This document shows positions 41,183-50,595 of a stretch of DNA of 64,000 nt, piece after piece. The position numbers and the translations under genes are program-made. Source of the DNA: an uncultured Phycisphaerales bacterium (GTDB taxonomy: Bacteria > Planctomycetota > Phycisphaerae > Phycisphaerales > SM1A02); NCBI GenBank assembly GCA_938084645.1, contig CALKEP010000010.1, positions 21,851 through 85,850 of the forward strand. The letters run 5' to 3'. Positions within the stretch are counted from its first letter, which is position 1. Each line of letters opens with the position of its first letter. The notes beneath the pieces were generated by a model. That model did not search any database, had not been told where the DNA came from, and worked only from the letters and a program-made list of their open reading frames with translations.

Positions 41183-41231
41183 GCTCCGCCACCAGCTCCG
41201 CCACCCGCTTCCGCCACCTGCTTCCGCCACC
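41183..41231. repeat. Four-copy tandem repeat GCT(T)CCGCCACC upstream of ffh
   Basis: Copies at 41183, 41195, 41207 and 41220. Confidence 0.85.
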
Positions 41232-41248
41232 CCCCCCGCGACACATCG

Positions 41249-42739
41249 ATGCTCGACGCTCTTTCCGACCGATTCAACGCCGCGTTCCGCGGGCTCTCCG
41301 GACGTGGCCGAATCTCCGAAGCCAACGTTCGAGAGGCGATGCAGGAGGTCCGGACCGCGCTCCTCGAAGCGGATGTCCACCTCGATGTGGTGAAATCCTT
41401 CTGCAAGGACGTCATCGATGACGCGGTCGGTGCCGAGGTCATCCAGAGCCTCAAGCCGGGACAGCAGATGATCGAGATCGTCAACCGGCGACTCGTGGAC
41501 CTGATGGGCCCCGTCGATTCGCATCTGATGCTCGTGGAACCGGGCCCGACCGTCTTCATGATGTGCGGGCTCCAGGGCAGTGGAAAGACCACCACCTGCG
41601 GCAAGCTCGCGGCGCTGCTCAAGAAACGGGGCAAGCGGGTCCTCGTCGTGGCGGCCGACCTGCAGCGCCCCGCGGCGGTCGAGCAGCTCCGAATCACCGT
41701 CGAAGGCGTCGAGGCCTCGGCCCCGGGCTCGGGCGAGGTCGCCTTTCACGGGGAGCCGGAGAAGTGCGATGAATACGGCAAGGCGGTCGGCGCTGCGGTG
41801 GGCGTGTGCCGGCGCGGGGTCGAACGCGGACGGAAGGAGAAGTACGACGCGGTGATCCTGGACACCGCCGGCCGACTCCACGTGAACGACGAGCTGATGA
41901 AGGAGCTCGAAGCGGTCAACCGGACCCTCACCCCCCACCAGGTTCTGCTCGTCGTGGATGCGATGACCGGTCAGGACGCGGTGAACAGCGCCAAGGCGTT
42001 CCACGAACGACTCGCGGTCGACGGGGTCATCCTCACCAAGTTCGACTCCGACACCCGCGGCGGCGCCGCGCTCTCGGTCAAGCATGTCACCGGGGCGCCG
42101 ATCAAGTTCATCGGCATCGGTGAGAAGTTCGACGCGCTCGAGGAGTTCCATCCCGAACGGATCGCGGGTCGGATCCTCGGCATGGGCGACGTGGTGAGCC
42201 TCGTCGAGAAGGCGCGGGACGAAGTCGACGAGGCGGAAGCCGAGAAGATGGCCGAGAAGCTCTCCAAGGGGCGCCTCGACATGAACGACTTCCTGAAGCA
42301 GATGCGGACCCTCCGCCGCATGGGCCCGATGAAACAGCTCCTCGGCATGCTCCCCGGCGTCGGATCCGCGCTCAAGAACGTCGACATCGACGATGCGCAG
42401 TTCGATCGACTCGAGGGCATGGTCAATTCGATGACCGCGGCCGAGCGCGAGGATGTGAAGCTCCTCGGCAAGAGCCGGAATCGCCGCATCGCCCGAGGCA
42501 GCGGAACCCAGCCGAACGAAGTCGGCCGGCTCGTCAAGCAGTTCGACATGGTCCAGAAGATGACCCAGCAGGTCTCGGGCATGGGAATGAAGGGCAAGCT
42601 GAGCGCCGCCCGCGAGATGGCCGGCGCCGGCGGCATGCCCGGCATGGGCGGAATGCCGGGCCTCGGCGGCAAGGGGTCCACGAAGACCCTCGGCGTGAAG
42701 CAGGGCTACAAGCAGCGAAAGAAGGGCAAGCGGCGCTGA
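41249..42739 (+). CDS. ffh: Signal recognition particle protein Ffh
   Basis: ALLEADV, GLQGSGKTT, DTAGR, TKFDSDTRGG, RILGMGD, Met-rich M domain, RIARGSG. Confidence 0.98.
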   Translation: MLDALSDRFNAAFRGLSGRGRISEANVREAMQEVRTALLEADVHLDVVKSFCKDVIDDAVGAEVIQSLKPGQQMIEIVNRRLVDLMGPVDSHLMLVEPGPTVFMMCGLQGSGKTTTCGKLAALLKKRGKRVLVVAADLQRPAAVEQLRITVEGVEASAPGSGEVAFHGEPEKCDEYGKAVGAAVGVCRRGVERGRKEKYDAVILDTAGRLHVNDELMKELEAVNRTLTPHQVLLVVDAMTGQDAVNSAKAFHERLAVDGVILTKFDSDTRGGAALSVKHVTGAPIKFIGIGEKFDALEEFHPERIAGRILGMGDVVSLVEKARDEVDEAEAEKMAEKLSKGRLDMNDFLKQMRTLRRMGPMKQLLGMLPGVGSALKNVDIDDAQFDRLEGMVNSMTAAEREDVKLLGKSRNRRIARGSGTQPNEVGRLVKQFDMVQKMTQQVSGMGMKGKLSAAREMAGAGGMPGMGGMPGLGGKGSTKTLGVKQGYKQRKKGKRR

Positions 42740-42804
42740 GCCGTCATCGCCCGGCGCGGCGTGCACCGCGCGATCGCCCGTTCACCAGGACATCCACCGC
42801 TCGC

Positions 42805-44217
42805 TCAACCGACCGGAAGCGGATCCACCACCCGGCCTTTTCGCCAGGCTTGAATCCGTGGCATGACGACCTCGGACAGGATGATCTTCACGCAGGCCGC
42901 GGCCGGCACCGCGAGCAGCATTCCGTAGATCCCGGCGAGGGATCCGCCGGCCAGCACCGCCACCACGATGGCCACCGGATTCAGGTTGGTCACCTTCCCC
43001 TGGATCAACGGCGTGAGCACCCAGTCGTCGAGGGTCTGCCCCACCATGTAGACCACGGTCGGCCAGACGATGATCCCCCACCAGACCATCCGCTCCGTCT
43101 CAGGCAGCGAGAACTGATCCACCGCGAGCAGCGTGACCGCGACCGGGACGCCGATCACCGACAGGTAGGGCACCGCACAGAACACGCCCACGAGCAGCCC
43201 GAGTGCGAGGGAGTAGGGCACGCCGACGATCAGCCAGCCGATGGCGAAGATCGTCCCGAGGATCGCGCTGATCACGAGCCGGCCACGGACGAAACCCGCC
43301 ACGGCTCGATCCATCTCCCGGATCAGATGCTGCACCCGATCCCGGTTGTGGTCGGGAATGAAGTCCTCGCCGAACGCCAGCACCCGCGGATAGGCCGTCG
43401 CGAAGTAGAAGAAGTAGAACGGCACGAGAAACACCAGCAGTCCGAGTTCGATCGATCCCAGGACGAGCCCCCACACCTGCTTCGCGCCGGCACCGACGAC
43501 CCCCAGGGCCGAGGCACCGAACTTCTTCGCGCGGTCCCGCTGTTCCGACGCCGCGGGATCCTCGCCGACGAAGCCTCCGGACAGCTGCCGGGCCACTTCA
43601 TCCCTGACCAGGCGTTCGAGCCGGGCATCCTCCGCCTGCTCCATCCTGAGCGTGTCGGCCTTCGCGCCGTCCGCCGGCTTCGCATCGACCTCGGAATCCT
43701 CCGCCGCCGGGGTGCTCGCGGGATCGTCGTCCGCCGTCGCGTCTCCGAACACCCGCGCCGACCACGGGATCTTCTCCTCCATCCATGCGATGCCGTCCTC
43801 CGCCTGGGTCCGCATCTCCTTGGGAAGGAGCGTCACGCCCTTGTCCAGAAGGTCCGCATAGCGTCCGCTCCCGGCGCTGGAGATGAACGAACTCGTCTGG
43901 CCGATGACCAGGAACAGCGTCGGCACCACGACCGTCACCACGCCGAGCAGGAAGAGCGCGAGAATCAACGACACGGCGAGCGTCCGCGACCAGCGGAACC
44001 AGCGCTGGATTCGTTCGATCACGGGTTCGAACAGATACGCCAGACCGAGCGCGAGCAGGAGCGGCACGGTGATGGCGCTCATCGCGTAGCCCAGCCAGAG
44101 GATCGCGAGCACGGTGGCGACGAGCAACACGTCTCGAACGGCCTGGATCTGCCAGATGTGGAGCTTCGAGGCGTCGACCGGTTCCTCGTCGGGCGTCGTC
44201 TTTGGGTTCGATTCCAT
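42805..44217 (-). CDS. AI-2E family transporter
   Basis: PLLLALGLAYLFEP, GFVRGRL, VPYL, LTPLIQG...LNP, GMLLAVP. Confidence 0.9.
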   Translation of the reverse strand: MESNPKTTPDEEPVDASKLHIWQIQAVRDVLLVATVLAILWLGYAMSAITVPLLLALGLAYLFEPVIERIQRWFRWSRTLAVSLILALFLLGVVTVVVPTLFLVIGQTSSFISSAGSGRYADLLDKGVTLLPKEMRTQAEDGIAWMEEKIPWSARVFGDATADDDPASTPAAEDSEVDAKPADGAKADTLRMEQAEDARLERLVRDEVARQLSGGFVGEDPAASEQRDRAKKFGASALGVVGAGAKQVWGLVLGSIELGLLVFLVPFYFFYFATAYPRVLAFGEDFIPDHNRDRVQHLIREMDRAVAGFVRGRLVISAILGTIFAIGWLIVGVPYSLALGLLVGVFCAVPYLSVIGVPVAVTLLAVDQFSLPETERMVWWGIIVWPTVVYMVGQTLDDWVLTPLIQGKVTNLNPVAIVVAVLAGGSLAGIYGMLLAVPAAACVKIILSEVVMPRIQAWRKGRVVDPLPVG

Positions 44218-44226
44218 CCGGGCAGC

Positions 44227-44685
44227 CTAGCCGCTGCTGCGATCCGCTGATCGCTCCTCCCGGCGGATCTCGAGCAGGCTTTCCTTCACCGCGGCCGGTG
44301 CGAATACCGAGGCGAAGGGCTGGACGCCGAAGAAGTCCTCGAGCACGTCATCGTCGGTTCGACTCATCATGCCCTGCTCGATCATCGCGAAGACGATTCG
44401 GCCGAAGTCGTCGGTCCGCGTGATGTTCCAGTGTCGAAGGACCGCTTCCGCCATGAGGCCGTATTTCCGGATCGAATAGTCGATCAGACCGAGGCTCAGC
44501 TGGCGGCCGTCGACGTGCCGGTCCTGGATCTCGTCCTCGTCGACCGGTCCCTCGGGCATCTCGCCATGAAGATTGCGGACGGTGTGGTCGAGACCCTCGC
44601 GCACGAAGGCGAACGCCTCCATCGGATAGGGAGCCGAGGCTTCGAGTGCGGCGCGCAGGTCGGGTTCTTCGTTCGACTCGCTCAC
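44227..44685 (-). CDS. Minf_1886 family (Verrucomicrobia/Planctomycetes-restricted) protein
   Basis: YPMEAFAFVREGL, RHVDGRQL, YGLMA..VL.HWNI..TDDFGRIVFAMI...DF. Confidence 0.88.
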   Translation of the reverse strand: MSESNEEPDLRAALEASAPYPMEAFAFVREGLDHTVRNLHGEMPEGPVDEDEIQDRHVDGRQLSLGLIDYSIRKYGLMAEAVLRHWNITRTDDFGRIVFAMIEQGMMSRTDDDVLEDFFGVQPFASVFAPAAVKESLLEIRREERSADRSSG

Positions 44686-46043
44686 GGGGGCATGGTATCC
44701 GACGAGGACGCGGCAACGCGATGAAAGGACGAGCCACCGGCGGCGATCCCGCGATCCGGCCCGAGGAGCCAACGTGGCGGCGTTCGCCCCTCGAAGAGTC
44801 CCTCGATGGGCCTTGTTGCATCGGTCTCGATCGCCAGGAGGCCCGCGATGGGCCCCGGTGCGAGGGTGAAGGCGGCTGGATCGAGGCCCAGCCCCGTCGC
44901 CCCCGCGGTCGTCGCCATCCGCAGGAGCGTCGTGGGATCGAGATCGCGGGCGTCTTCGTGAAGCAGCCGGATCTCATCGAGCGTCCCGAGCCGGTCCGGC
45001 GTGTCGAGACAAGGCATCCCGTCGGTTCCCAGCGCCACCTCGACGCCGGCTTCGAGAAGCGATCGCCAGGGATGCCCGGGGTGTCCGGGAAGCGGGTGGC
45101 CCAGGAATCGCGAGGCCCGTGGACAGAACGCGACGGTGATGCCCGCCCGCGCCAGTCCTTCGAATCGCCCCGACCTCGCGTTTGCGTCCTCGTCCGGCTC
45201 CGAGGGGTAGTTCAAGTGCGCGACCAGCCACGGCCGGGCCGGGGTGATCTCGAGCAGTTGATCGATCGGATGACGGCCCGACACCGCCACCGCGCCGGTG
45301 TCGTCGGTGATGCCTCCGATCCGTTGGAGCAGATCGAGAAAGGGGCCGGTTCCGGTCTTCGTGAACCCTGCCTCCGCCGGCGTCTCCGCGAGATGCGTCG
45401 ACACCGGCCGGGCGGTCGCGGCCGCGGCGGCGTAGACCGAGGGACCGCAGCTGTACGGTGCGTGCGGCTGGATTCCCAATCGGAAGCCAGGGGCCTCACG
45501 GACCGGGTTCGGGCCGGCATCGAATCGCCGGATCGCCGACACCGCCGCCATCTCCCGACGTCCGATCCCGAAGAACTCGATGAAGGCGGTCCCCGCCAGC
45601 CCCGACTCGGCGAAGGTCGACGCGGCGACCAGATCCCGATCGCCACTGATATCACCGACCGCGGCCACACCACCCCTGAGCGAGGCGGCGATTCCTGCTC
45701 GGACGGCTTCGGTGATGTCGTCGGCCTCGGTGGGCCGGCGGGTCCGGATCGTGTCGAGCCAGGCGTCGAAGCCGGCATCACAGGCGATCGGCCCCAGCCG
45801 GGTCAGGTCGAGGTGGGCATGCGCATTGACCATGGCCGGGCAGACGATCTCGCTCGGCAGGTCGATTATCCGGTCGGCCCTCGGGGTTCCGACCACCTGA
45901 GGCGAATCCGTCGCGACGATCCGTCCGTCCTCGACGAGGACCGCGGCCGGCGCGATCGCACGTGACGCATCGATCGAGGCCGCCGCTCTCAGCAGGATCC
46001 GCCCGCGGGCGGGAATCGAATCGCCGGGTTCAAGTGGGTTCAA
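44682..46043 (-). CDS. Amidohydrolase family protein (nucleoside deaminase-like); start uncertain
   Basis: PAMVNAHAHL, PHAPYS, HLAET..E, AHLNY, CPRAS, LGTD. Confidence 0.88.
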   Translation of the reverse strand: MNPLEPGDSIPARGRILLRAAASIDASRAIAPAAVLVEDGRIVATDSPQVVGTPRADRIIDLPSEIVCPAMVNAHAHLDLTRLGPIACDAGFDAWLDTIRTRRPTEADDITEAVRAGIAASLRGGVAAVGDISGDRDLVAASTFAESGLAGTAFIEFFGIGRREMAAVSAIRRFDAGPNPVREAPGFRLGIQPHAPYSCGPSVYAAAAATARPVSTHLAETPAEAGFTKTGTGPFLDLLQRIGGITDDTGAVAVSGRHPIDQLLEITPARPWLVAHLNYPSEPDEDANARSGRFEGLARAGITVAFCPRASRFLGHPLPGHPGHPWRSLLEAGVEVALGTDGMPCLDTPDRLGTLDEIRLLHEDARDLDPTTLLRMATTAGATGLGLDPAAFTLAPGPIAGLLAIETDATRPIEGLFEGRTPPRWLLGPDRGIAAGGSSFHRVAASSSDTMPP

Positions 46044-46185
46044 CGGTTCGACCGATCCTTTCCAGTGGCGACGGGGCAGGGAATCGTCGCTCGATCTACA
46101 CTCTAGGAGACGCATGGCACGGTCGCCCGGTGGTCGTCCATCGCGTTCCTCTTTCGATTCCTCCGACCTCCCCGGAATCCCACCG

Positions 46186-47034
46186 ATGCCACGACGCCGC
46201 CTCCTTCTTCTCGCACCCATCGCCCTCTCCGCCGTCGGCTGCGTGCCGCAGGAGAAGTACGACGACCTCCTGAACGCCTATCGAGCCGAGGAGCGGCAGG
46301 GCGTCCAGTCGCAGGCGGAACTCGAAGCGATGAAGCAGAACGAATCGATGCTTCGTGGCCAGCTGCAGAAGGCCGTCACCGATCTTGACCGGGCGATGGG
46401 CCAGCTCGAGGACCAGAACGGCGAGATCGCCCAGCTCCGCGGCGACTTCGAGGCGATGCTCGAGACGGTGAGCGGCCTCGACACCGGCCCGCTGCCCGCG
46501 GATCTCAATGCCGCACTGGTACGCCTCGCGTCGCAGAACGAACTGCTTGAATTCGACGAGCGAACCGGAATGCTGCGGTTCTCGAGCGACCTGACCTTCG
46601 ACCTCGGATCGACGACCCTGAATCCCGCCGCGAAGCAGGCGATCGGCGCCCTCGCCAGCATCCTCGAGACCGAGGACGCCCTCGCCTTCGAGATCCGGGT
46701 GGTCGGGCATACCGACAACATGCCGATCAGTCGTCCCGAGACGCGGGCCAAGCACCCGACCAACATGCATCTCTCGACGCACCGGGCGATCTCCGTTCGA
46801 GACGCCCTCGTCAAGGACGGCATCGCGGCCAACCGAGTCCAGGTGGCCGGTTACGGCGAGTTCCGACCAGTCGCCGAGAACGGCAAGCGGGGCTCCGCCA
46901 CCAATCGCCGCGTCGAGATCTTCCTGACGCCGATGCCCGCGGTCGTCGAGGTCGTGGAGGCCGTGGAAACCACCTCGGGTGAGCCCGATGAGAATGCCGG
47001 CGGTTCGGCGGCCGATTCGGAACCCCTGAAGTAG
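46186..47034 (+). CDS. OmpA/MotB family peptidoglycan-binding lipoprotein (alternative start 46114)
   Basis: AVGC lipobox, coiled coil, DLTFDLGS...VGHTDNMPI...NMHLSTHRA...GYGEFRP...NRRVEI. Confidence 0.9.
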   Translation: MPRRRLLLLAPIALSAVGCVPQEKYDDLLNAYRAEERQGVQSQAELEAMKQNESMLRGQLQKAVTDLDRAMGQLEDQNGEIAQLRGDFEAMLETVSGLDTGPLPADLNAALVRLASQNELLEFDERTGMLRFSSDLTFDLGSTTLNPAAKQAIGALASILETEDALAFEIRVVGHTDNMPISRPETRAKHPTNMHLSTHRAISVRDALVKDGIAANRVQVAGYGEFRPVAENGKRGSATNRRVEIFLTPMPAVVEVVEAVETTSGEPDENAGGSAADSEPLK

Positions 47035-47415
47035 CGACGCGACCGCCTGGTGGACGAGTGCCCGATCGGGACGCCCGAATGCCGCCGCCCGCAGATTCCG
47101 ACGCTGGAGCAACCATCGAGTCGCTCCAGCGTTGTGATGTTCGTAAAAGTCCGAAATCGCGCCTTGTCGTCCGGTAGGTGCCCTCCTAGGCTTCGCCTCG
47201 AAGACTCAGGGGTGTGGAATCACTGAACAAATGCAGAAAAGGCCTTTTCGATGGGATTAGTCCCTTCCTGAGGCTAGATTGAAGTTCGGTCGCCCGTTCC
47301 CACAGGCGATTTCTGCGCCCTTGGTCTAGAATCACCCCCCCCTTTCGGGGGCCCTTTCGCGTTTCTCCATCCTCCCTCGCACCATCGAGATATCCCTCGA
47401 GGAGTAACAGATCCA

Positions 47416-50376
47416 ATGACCCGATCCATCGCCCTGCTGACCGCCGCTGCCGCCACTGCCGCAGCCAGCACCGCGTCCGCCGCACTCACCACCCGGATGA
47501 GCGAGTTCCGCATCGCCCAGCCGGGCCTGGACGTCGACCAGTACGTGGAGTTCGTCGGCGAGCCCGGCGAGTCGCTCGACGGCCTGCAGTTCGTCGTCGT
47601 CGGCGATCTGGAAGGTGCGTTTCCGCCTGACCAGAACGGTGGCGTCGAAATCGTCGTGGAGCTCTCCGGCGTGATTCCGGCCGACGGCATCTTCCTGCTC
47701 GCCTCGCCGAGTTACTCGCTTGGTGGCGCGGATCAGATCGCGAACCTGGATTTCGAATCGGGTGAGAACCTGACCTTCTTCATCGCCGAGGGGTTCACCG
47801 GAGCGGTGGGCGACACCGTGGACTCCAACGCCGACGGCGTGCTCGACAAGGGCGCCATTTCGGTGGTCGACTCACTGGCGGTCCTCGCCGATCAGAATCC
47901 CGACGGCTTCGGCTCGGAGTTCTACTACAGCGACACCACCATCGGCCCCGTCGCGGGCTTCTCGCCGCTTCATGGATGGCGATGCAGCGACACTCTCGTC
48001 TGGCGTCCGGGTTCGGACGCCGTGGGCGGTGACAACGAAACCCCCGACGCCCTCAACGCGACCTGCGACGGCGGTGGCGGCGGTGGGCCCGACGGGCTGA
48101 TCCTCAACGAACTCCGCATCGACCACTCGGGTGCCGACAACGATGAGTTCTTCGAAATCAGGGGCGATCCCAACGCCTCCCTCGACGGATACGCGGTGAT
48201 CGCGATCGGCGACGGCGCGGTCGGCAGCGGTGCGATCGAGAGCATCTCGCTCCTCGACGGCTACCAGCTCAACGCCGAGGGCTACTTCGTGGGTGCCAAG
48301 AGCACCTTCACCCTGGGCATCCCCGACGGAATCTTCGACGACCTGCAGTTCGAGAACAGCGACACCATCACCATCTTCCTCGTGCTGAACTTCACGGGCG
48401 AACTGGGTGGCGACATCGACACCGACGACGATGGGGTCATCGACGCCTTCTTCTGGGACGAGATCGCCGATGGCGTCAGCATCCTCGAGACCTGCGAAGA
48501 GCCCCCCACCACCACCGAGTGGGGATACGCCGCGGTCGTCGTGCCCCCGGACGGCATCTACGCCGCCGGCGGCATCTATCGATGCGAGCCCAGCGGCGAC
48601 TGGACGATCGGCGGCTTCTCCTTCGGCGACTACTCGCAGGAGCACACCCCCGGCACCATCAACATCGAGTGTGATTCGATCGGCTGCGGCGGACTCGATC
48701 GAAGCTGTTTCGCGGCCCAGGACGGCCCCGGCTGCAGCGACATCGTGATCTGCGAACTGGTGTGCGCGGCGGACAGCGCCTGCTGTTCCGCGGAATGGGA
48801 CACCAACTGCGCCGGCCTCGCGGCCGCCTATCTCGCGGACGGCGATCCGCCGGCGGTCTCGATCAACGAGTTCCGCACCAAGCAGCCGGGCGGCGATGAC
48901 GACGAGTACATCGAGATCATCGGCGACCCGGGCGAGAGCCTCGACGGTCTGAGCGTGGTGTTCATCGGTTCCGACGGCTGCGAGCCGAACGGAGTCGTGG
49001 TCCACCAGTACAACCTCATCGGGCAGACCATTCCCGGCAGCGGCTACTTCGTGATGGGTGATCCGACCCTGAGCCTGGGAACCGGTTCCCCGGACTATCC
49101 GCTCGACATCGAGATCATCGACGGCGGGAATCTCACCGTCATCCTCGCATGGAACTTCGTCGGCGCGAGAGGCGGCGACCTCGACGTCGACAACAACGGC
49201 ACGCTCGATTCGACGCCCTGGGACCAGACCGTCGGCGACATCGTCGCCTCCATCGGCGACTCCTCGGGGAACTTCACCTACCTCGACCCGATCGAGGTCG
49301 GCCCGGACAACATCTACACGCCGGCCCACGTCTACAAGTGTGCCAGTGGCGAGTGGGACTTCGGCGCGTTCGATCCGTCCCTCGGCGTGGACACCCCGGG
49401 GCTCGCGAATCTCGAGTGCGGTGCGCCCCCCGCCCTCTGTGGCGATCCCAAGTCGGGCAACTGCTTCGAAGCCGGTTCGCCGGGCTGCGACGACGAGATC
49501 TGCTGTGATCTCGTCACGAGCCTCGACCCGTTCTGCGCCACGGATTCATGGGACGAGACCTGCGTGTCGCACGCGTTGAACATGTGTCTCCCCCTCGGAG
49601 ATGCCCCGGAGATCCGCATCGCGGAGATCCGAATCGATCAGCCCGGTGCGGACGTCGACGAGTTCATCGAACTCCGCGGTGAGCCCGGAACGACCCTCGA
49701 TGGCGTCTCCGTGCTCGTCATCGGCGACGGATCGGGCGGCTGCGGCAGTCTCGAAGTGGCCGTGCCGCTCGGTGGCGTGACCATCTCCGGCAACGGCACG
49801 GCGCTGGTGTCGACCGACTCGTTCACGCTCGCCTCGCTCGAGACGGTGCGTCGCTTCGCCTTCGAGAACAGCGACAACCTCACCTTCCTGCTCGTCTTCG
49901 GCTTCGTCGGCGAGTCGGGCATGGATCTGGACACGGACGACGACAGCGAGCTCGATGTCACGCCGTGGGAGTCGATCATCGACTCCGTGAGCCTCGTCGA
50001 GACCCCCGACGAGGGCGACTGCTACTACAGCCCGGTCCAGATCGGACCGGACGTCGACATCGACGACAACGCCTTCGTCCCCGCTCAGGTCTGGGCGTGT
50101 GACGACTCCGGTGTGTGGAACATCGGCACCTTCGATCCGGCCAGCACCGATCCGCCCGCGGCGGACACGCCGGGCGTGGTCAACGAGGACTGTGGCGGTG
50201 GCGACGACTGCCCCGGCGACTTCAATGACGACGGCGAAGTCAACGGGTCGGACTTCGGCCTGCTCCTCGCCTCCTGGGGGCCTTGCCCCGGTTGCCCCGA
50301 GGATCTGAACGGCGACGGCGAGGTCAGCGGTGCCGACGTCGGTCTCCTCCTCTCGGTCTGGGGTCTTTGTCCCTGA
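47416..50376 (+). CDS. Large secreted acidic protein: four lamin-tail-like repeats, two Cys-rich modules, C-terminal dockerin-like domain
   Basis: Signal peptide ending ASA; repeats (I/L)NE.R..Q.G.D.DE.(I/F)E..G.PG.SLDG; C-terminal CPGDFNDDG.V...D.G.LL..WG.C twice; SD GAGGAG. Confidence 0.85.
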   Translation: MTRSIALLTAAAATAAASTASAALTTRMSEFRIAQPGLDVDQYVEFVGEPGESLDGLQFVVVGDLEGAFPPDQNGGVEIVVELSGVIPADGIFLLASPSYSLGGADQIANLDFESGENLTFFIAEGFTGAVGDTVDSNADGVLDKGAISVVDSLAVLADQNPDGFGSEFYYSDTTIGPVAGFSPLHGWRCSDTLVWRPGSDAVGGDNETPDALNATCDGGGGGGPDGLILNELRIDHSGADNDEFFEIRGDPNASLDGYAVIAIGDGAVGSGAIESISLLDGYQLNAEGYFVGAKSTFTLGIPDGIFDDLQFENSDTITIFLVLNFTGELGGDIDTDDDGVIDAFFWDEIADGVSILETCEEPPTTTEWGYAAVVVPPDGIYAAGGIYRCEPSGDWTIGGFSFGDYSQEHTPGTINIECDSIGCGGLDRSCFAAQDGPGCSDIVICELVCAADSACCSAEWDTNCAGLAAAYLADGDPPAVSINEFRTKQPGGDDDEYIEIIGDPGESLDGLSVVFIGSDGCEPNGVVVHQYNLIGQTIPGSGYFVMGDPTLSLGTGSPDYPLDIEIIDGGNLTVILAWNFVGARGGDLDVDNNGTLDSTPWDQTVGDIVASIGDSSGNFTYLDPIEVGPDNIYTPAHVYKCASGEWDFGAFDPSLGVDTPGLANLECGAPPALCGDPKSGNCFEAGSPGCDDEICCDLVTSLDPFCATDSWDETCVSHALNMCLPLGDAPEIRIAEIRIDQPGADVDEFIELRGEPGTTLDGVSVLVIGDGSGGCGSLEVAVPLGGVTISGNGTALVSTDSFTLASLETVRRFAFENSDNLTFLLVFGFVGESGMDLDTDDDSELDVTPWESIIDSVSLVETPDEGDCYYSPVQIGPDVDIDDNAFVPAQVWACDDSGVWNIGTFDPASTDPPAADTPGVVNEDCGGGDDCPGDFNDDGEVNGSDFGLLLASWGPCPGCPEDLNGDGEVSGADVGLLLSVWGLCP

Positions 50377-50422
50377 TCGGTCCTGATGGTCGGCGGTCGC
50401 CGTCGACCCGATAATGCTCATG

Positions 50423-50460
50423 AGCCGGACGATCCACTGGGTCGTCCGGCTTTCTTTTTC
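50423..50460 (+). terminator. Intrinsic terminator
   Basis: AGCCGGACGA...TCGTCCGGCT followed by TTCTTTTT. Confidence 0.85.
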
Positions 50461-50595
50461 GCCGTCCCGCCCGCAAACAAACGTTCAAATCCAGGTGAAG
50501 CCCGCTGAATAGGGATCTTTTCCCCGGATTCCGCGTAAATACGGACTAGAATCCGATACCCGTTCGTTTTTTTTCCAACCGGAGTATGAAGAGAT

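Noticed and set aside
41183..41231. Repeat considered as a CRISPR array or Chi site (contains CCACCAGC)
   Set aside because: Units are 12-13 nt with no spacers and no cas genes; a single E. coli Chi match carries no weight in this lineage
41049..42804. SRP (4.5S) RNA near ffh
   Set aside because: No SRP domain IV motif recognised in the flanking intergenic DNA
47035..47415. ORFs 47186-47485(-) and 47274-47690(-) in the AT-richer intergenic region
   Set aside because: They overlap the promoter and 5' end of the 986-aa gene and have no coding features
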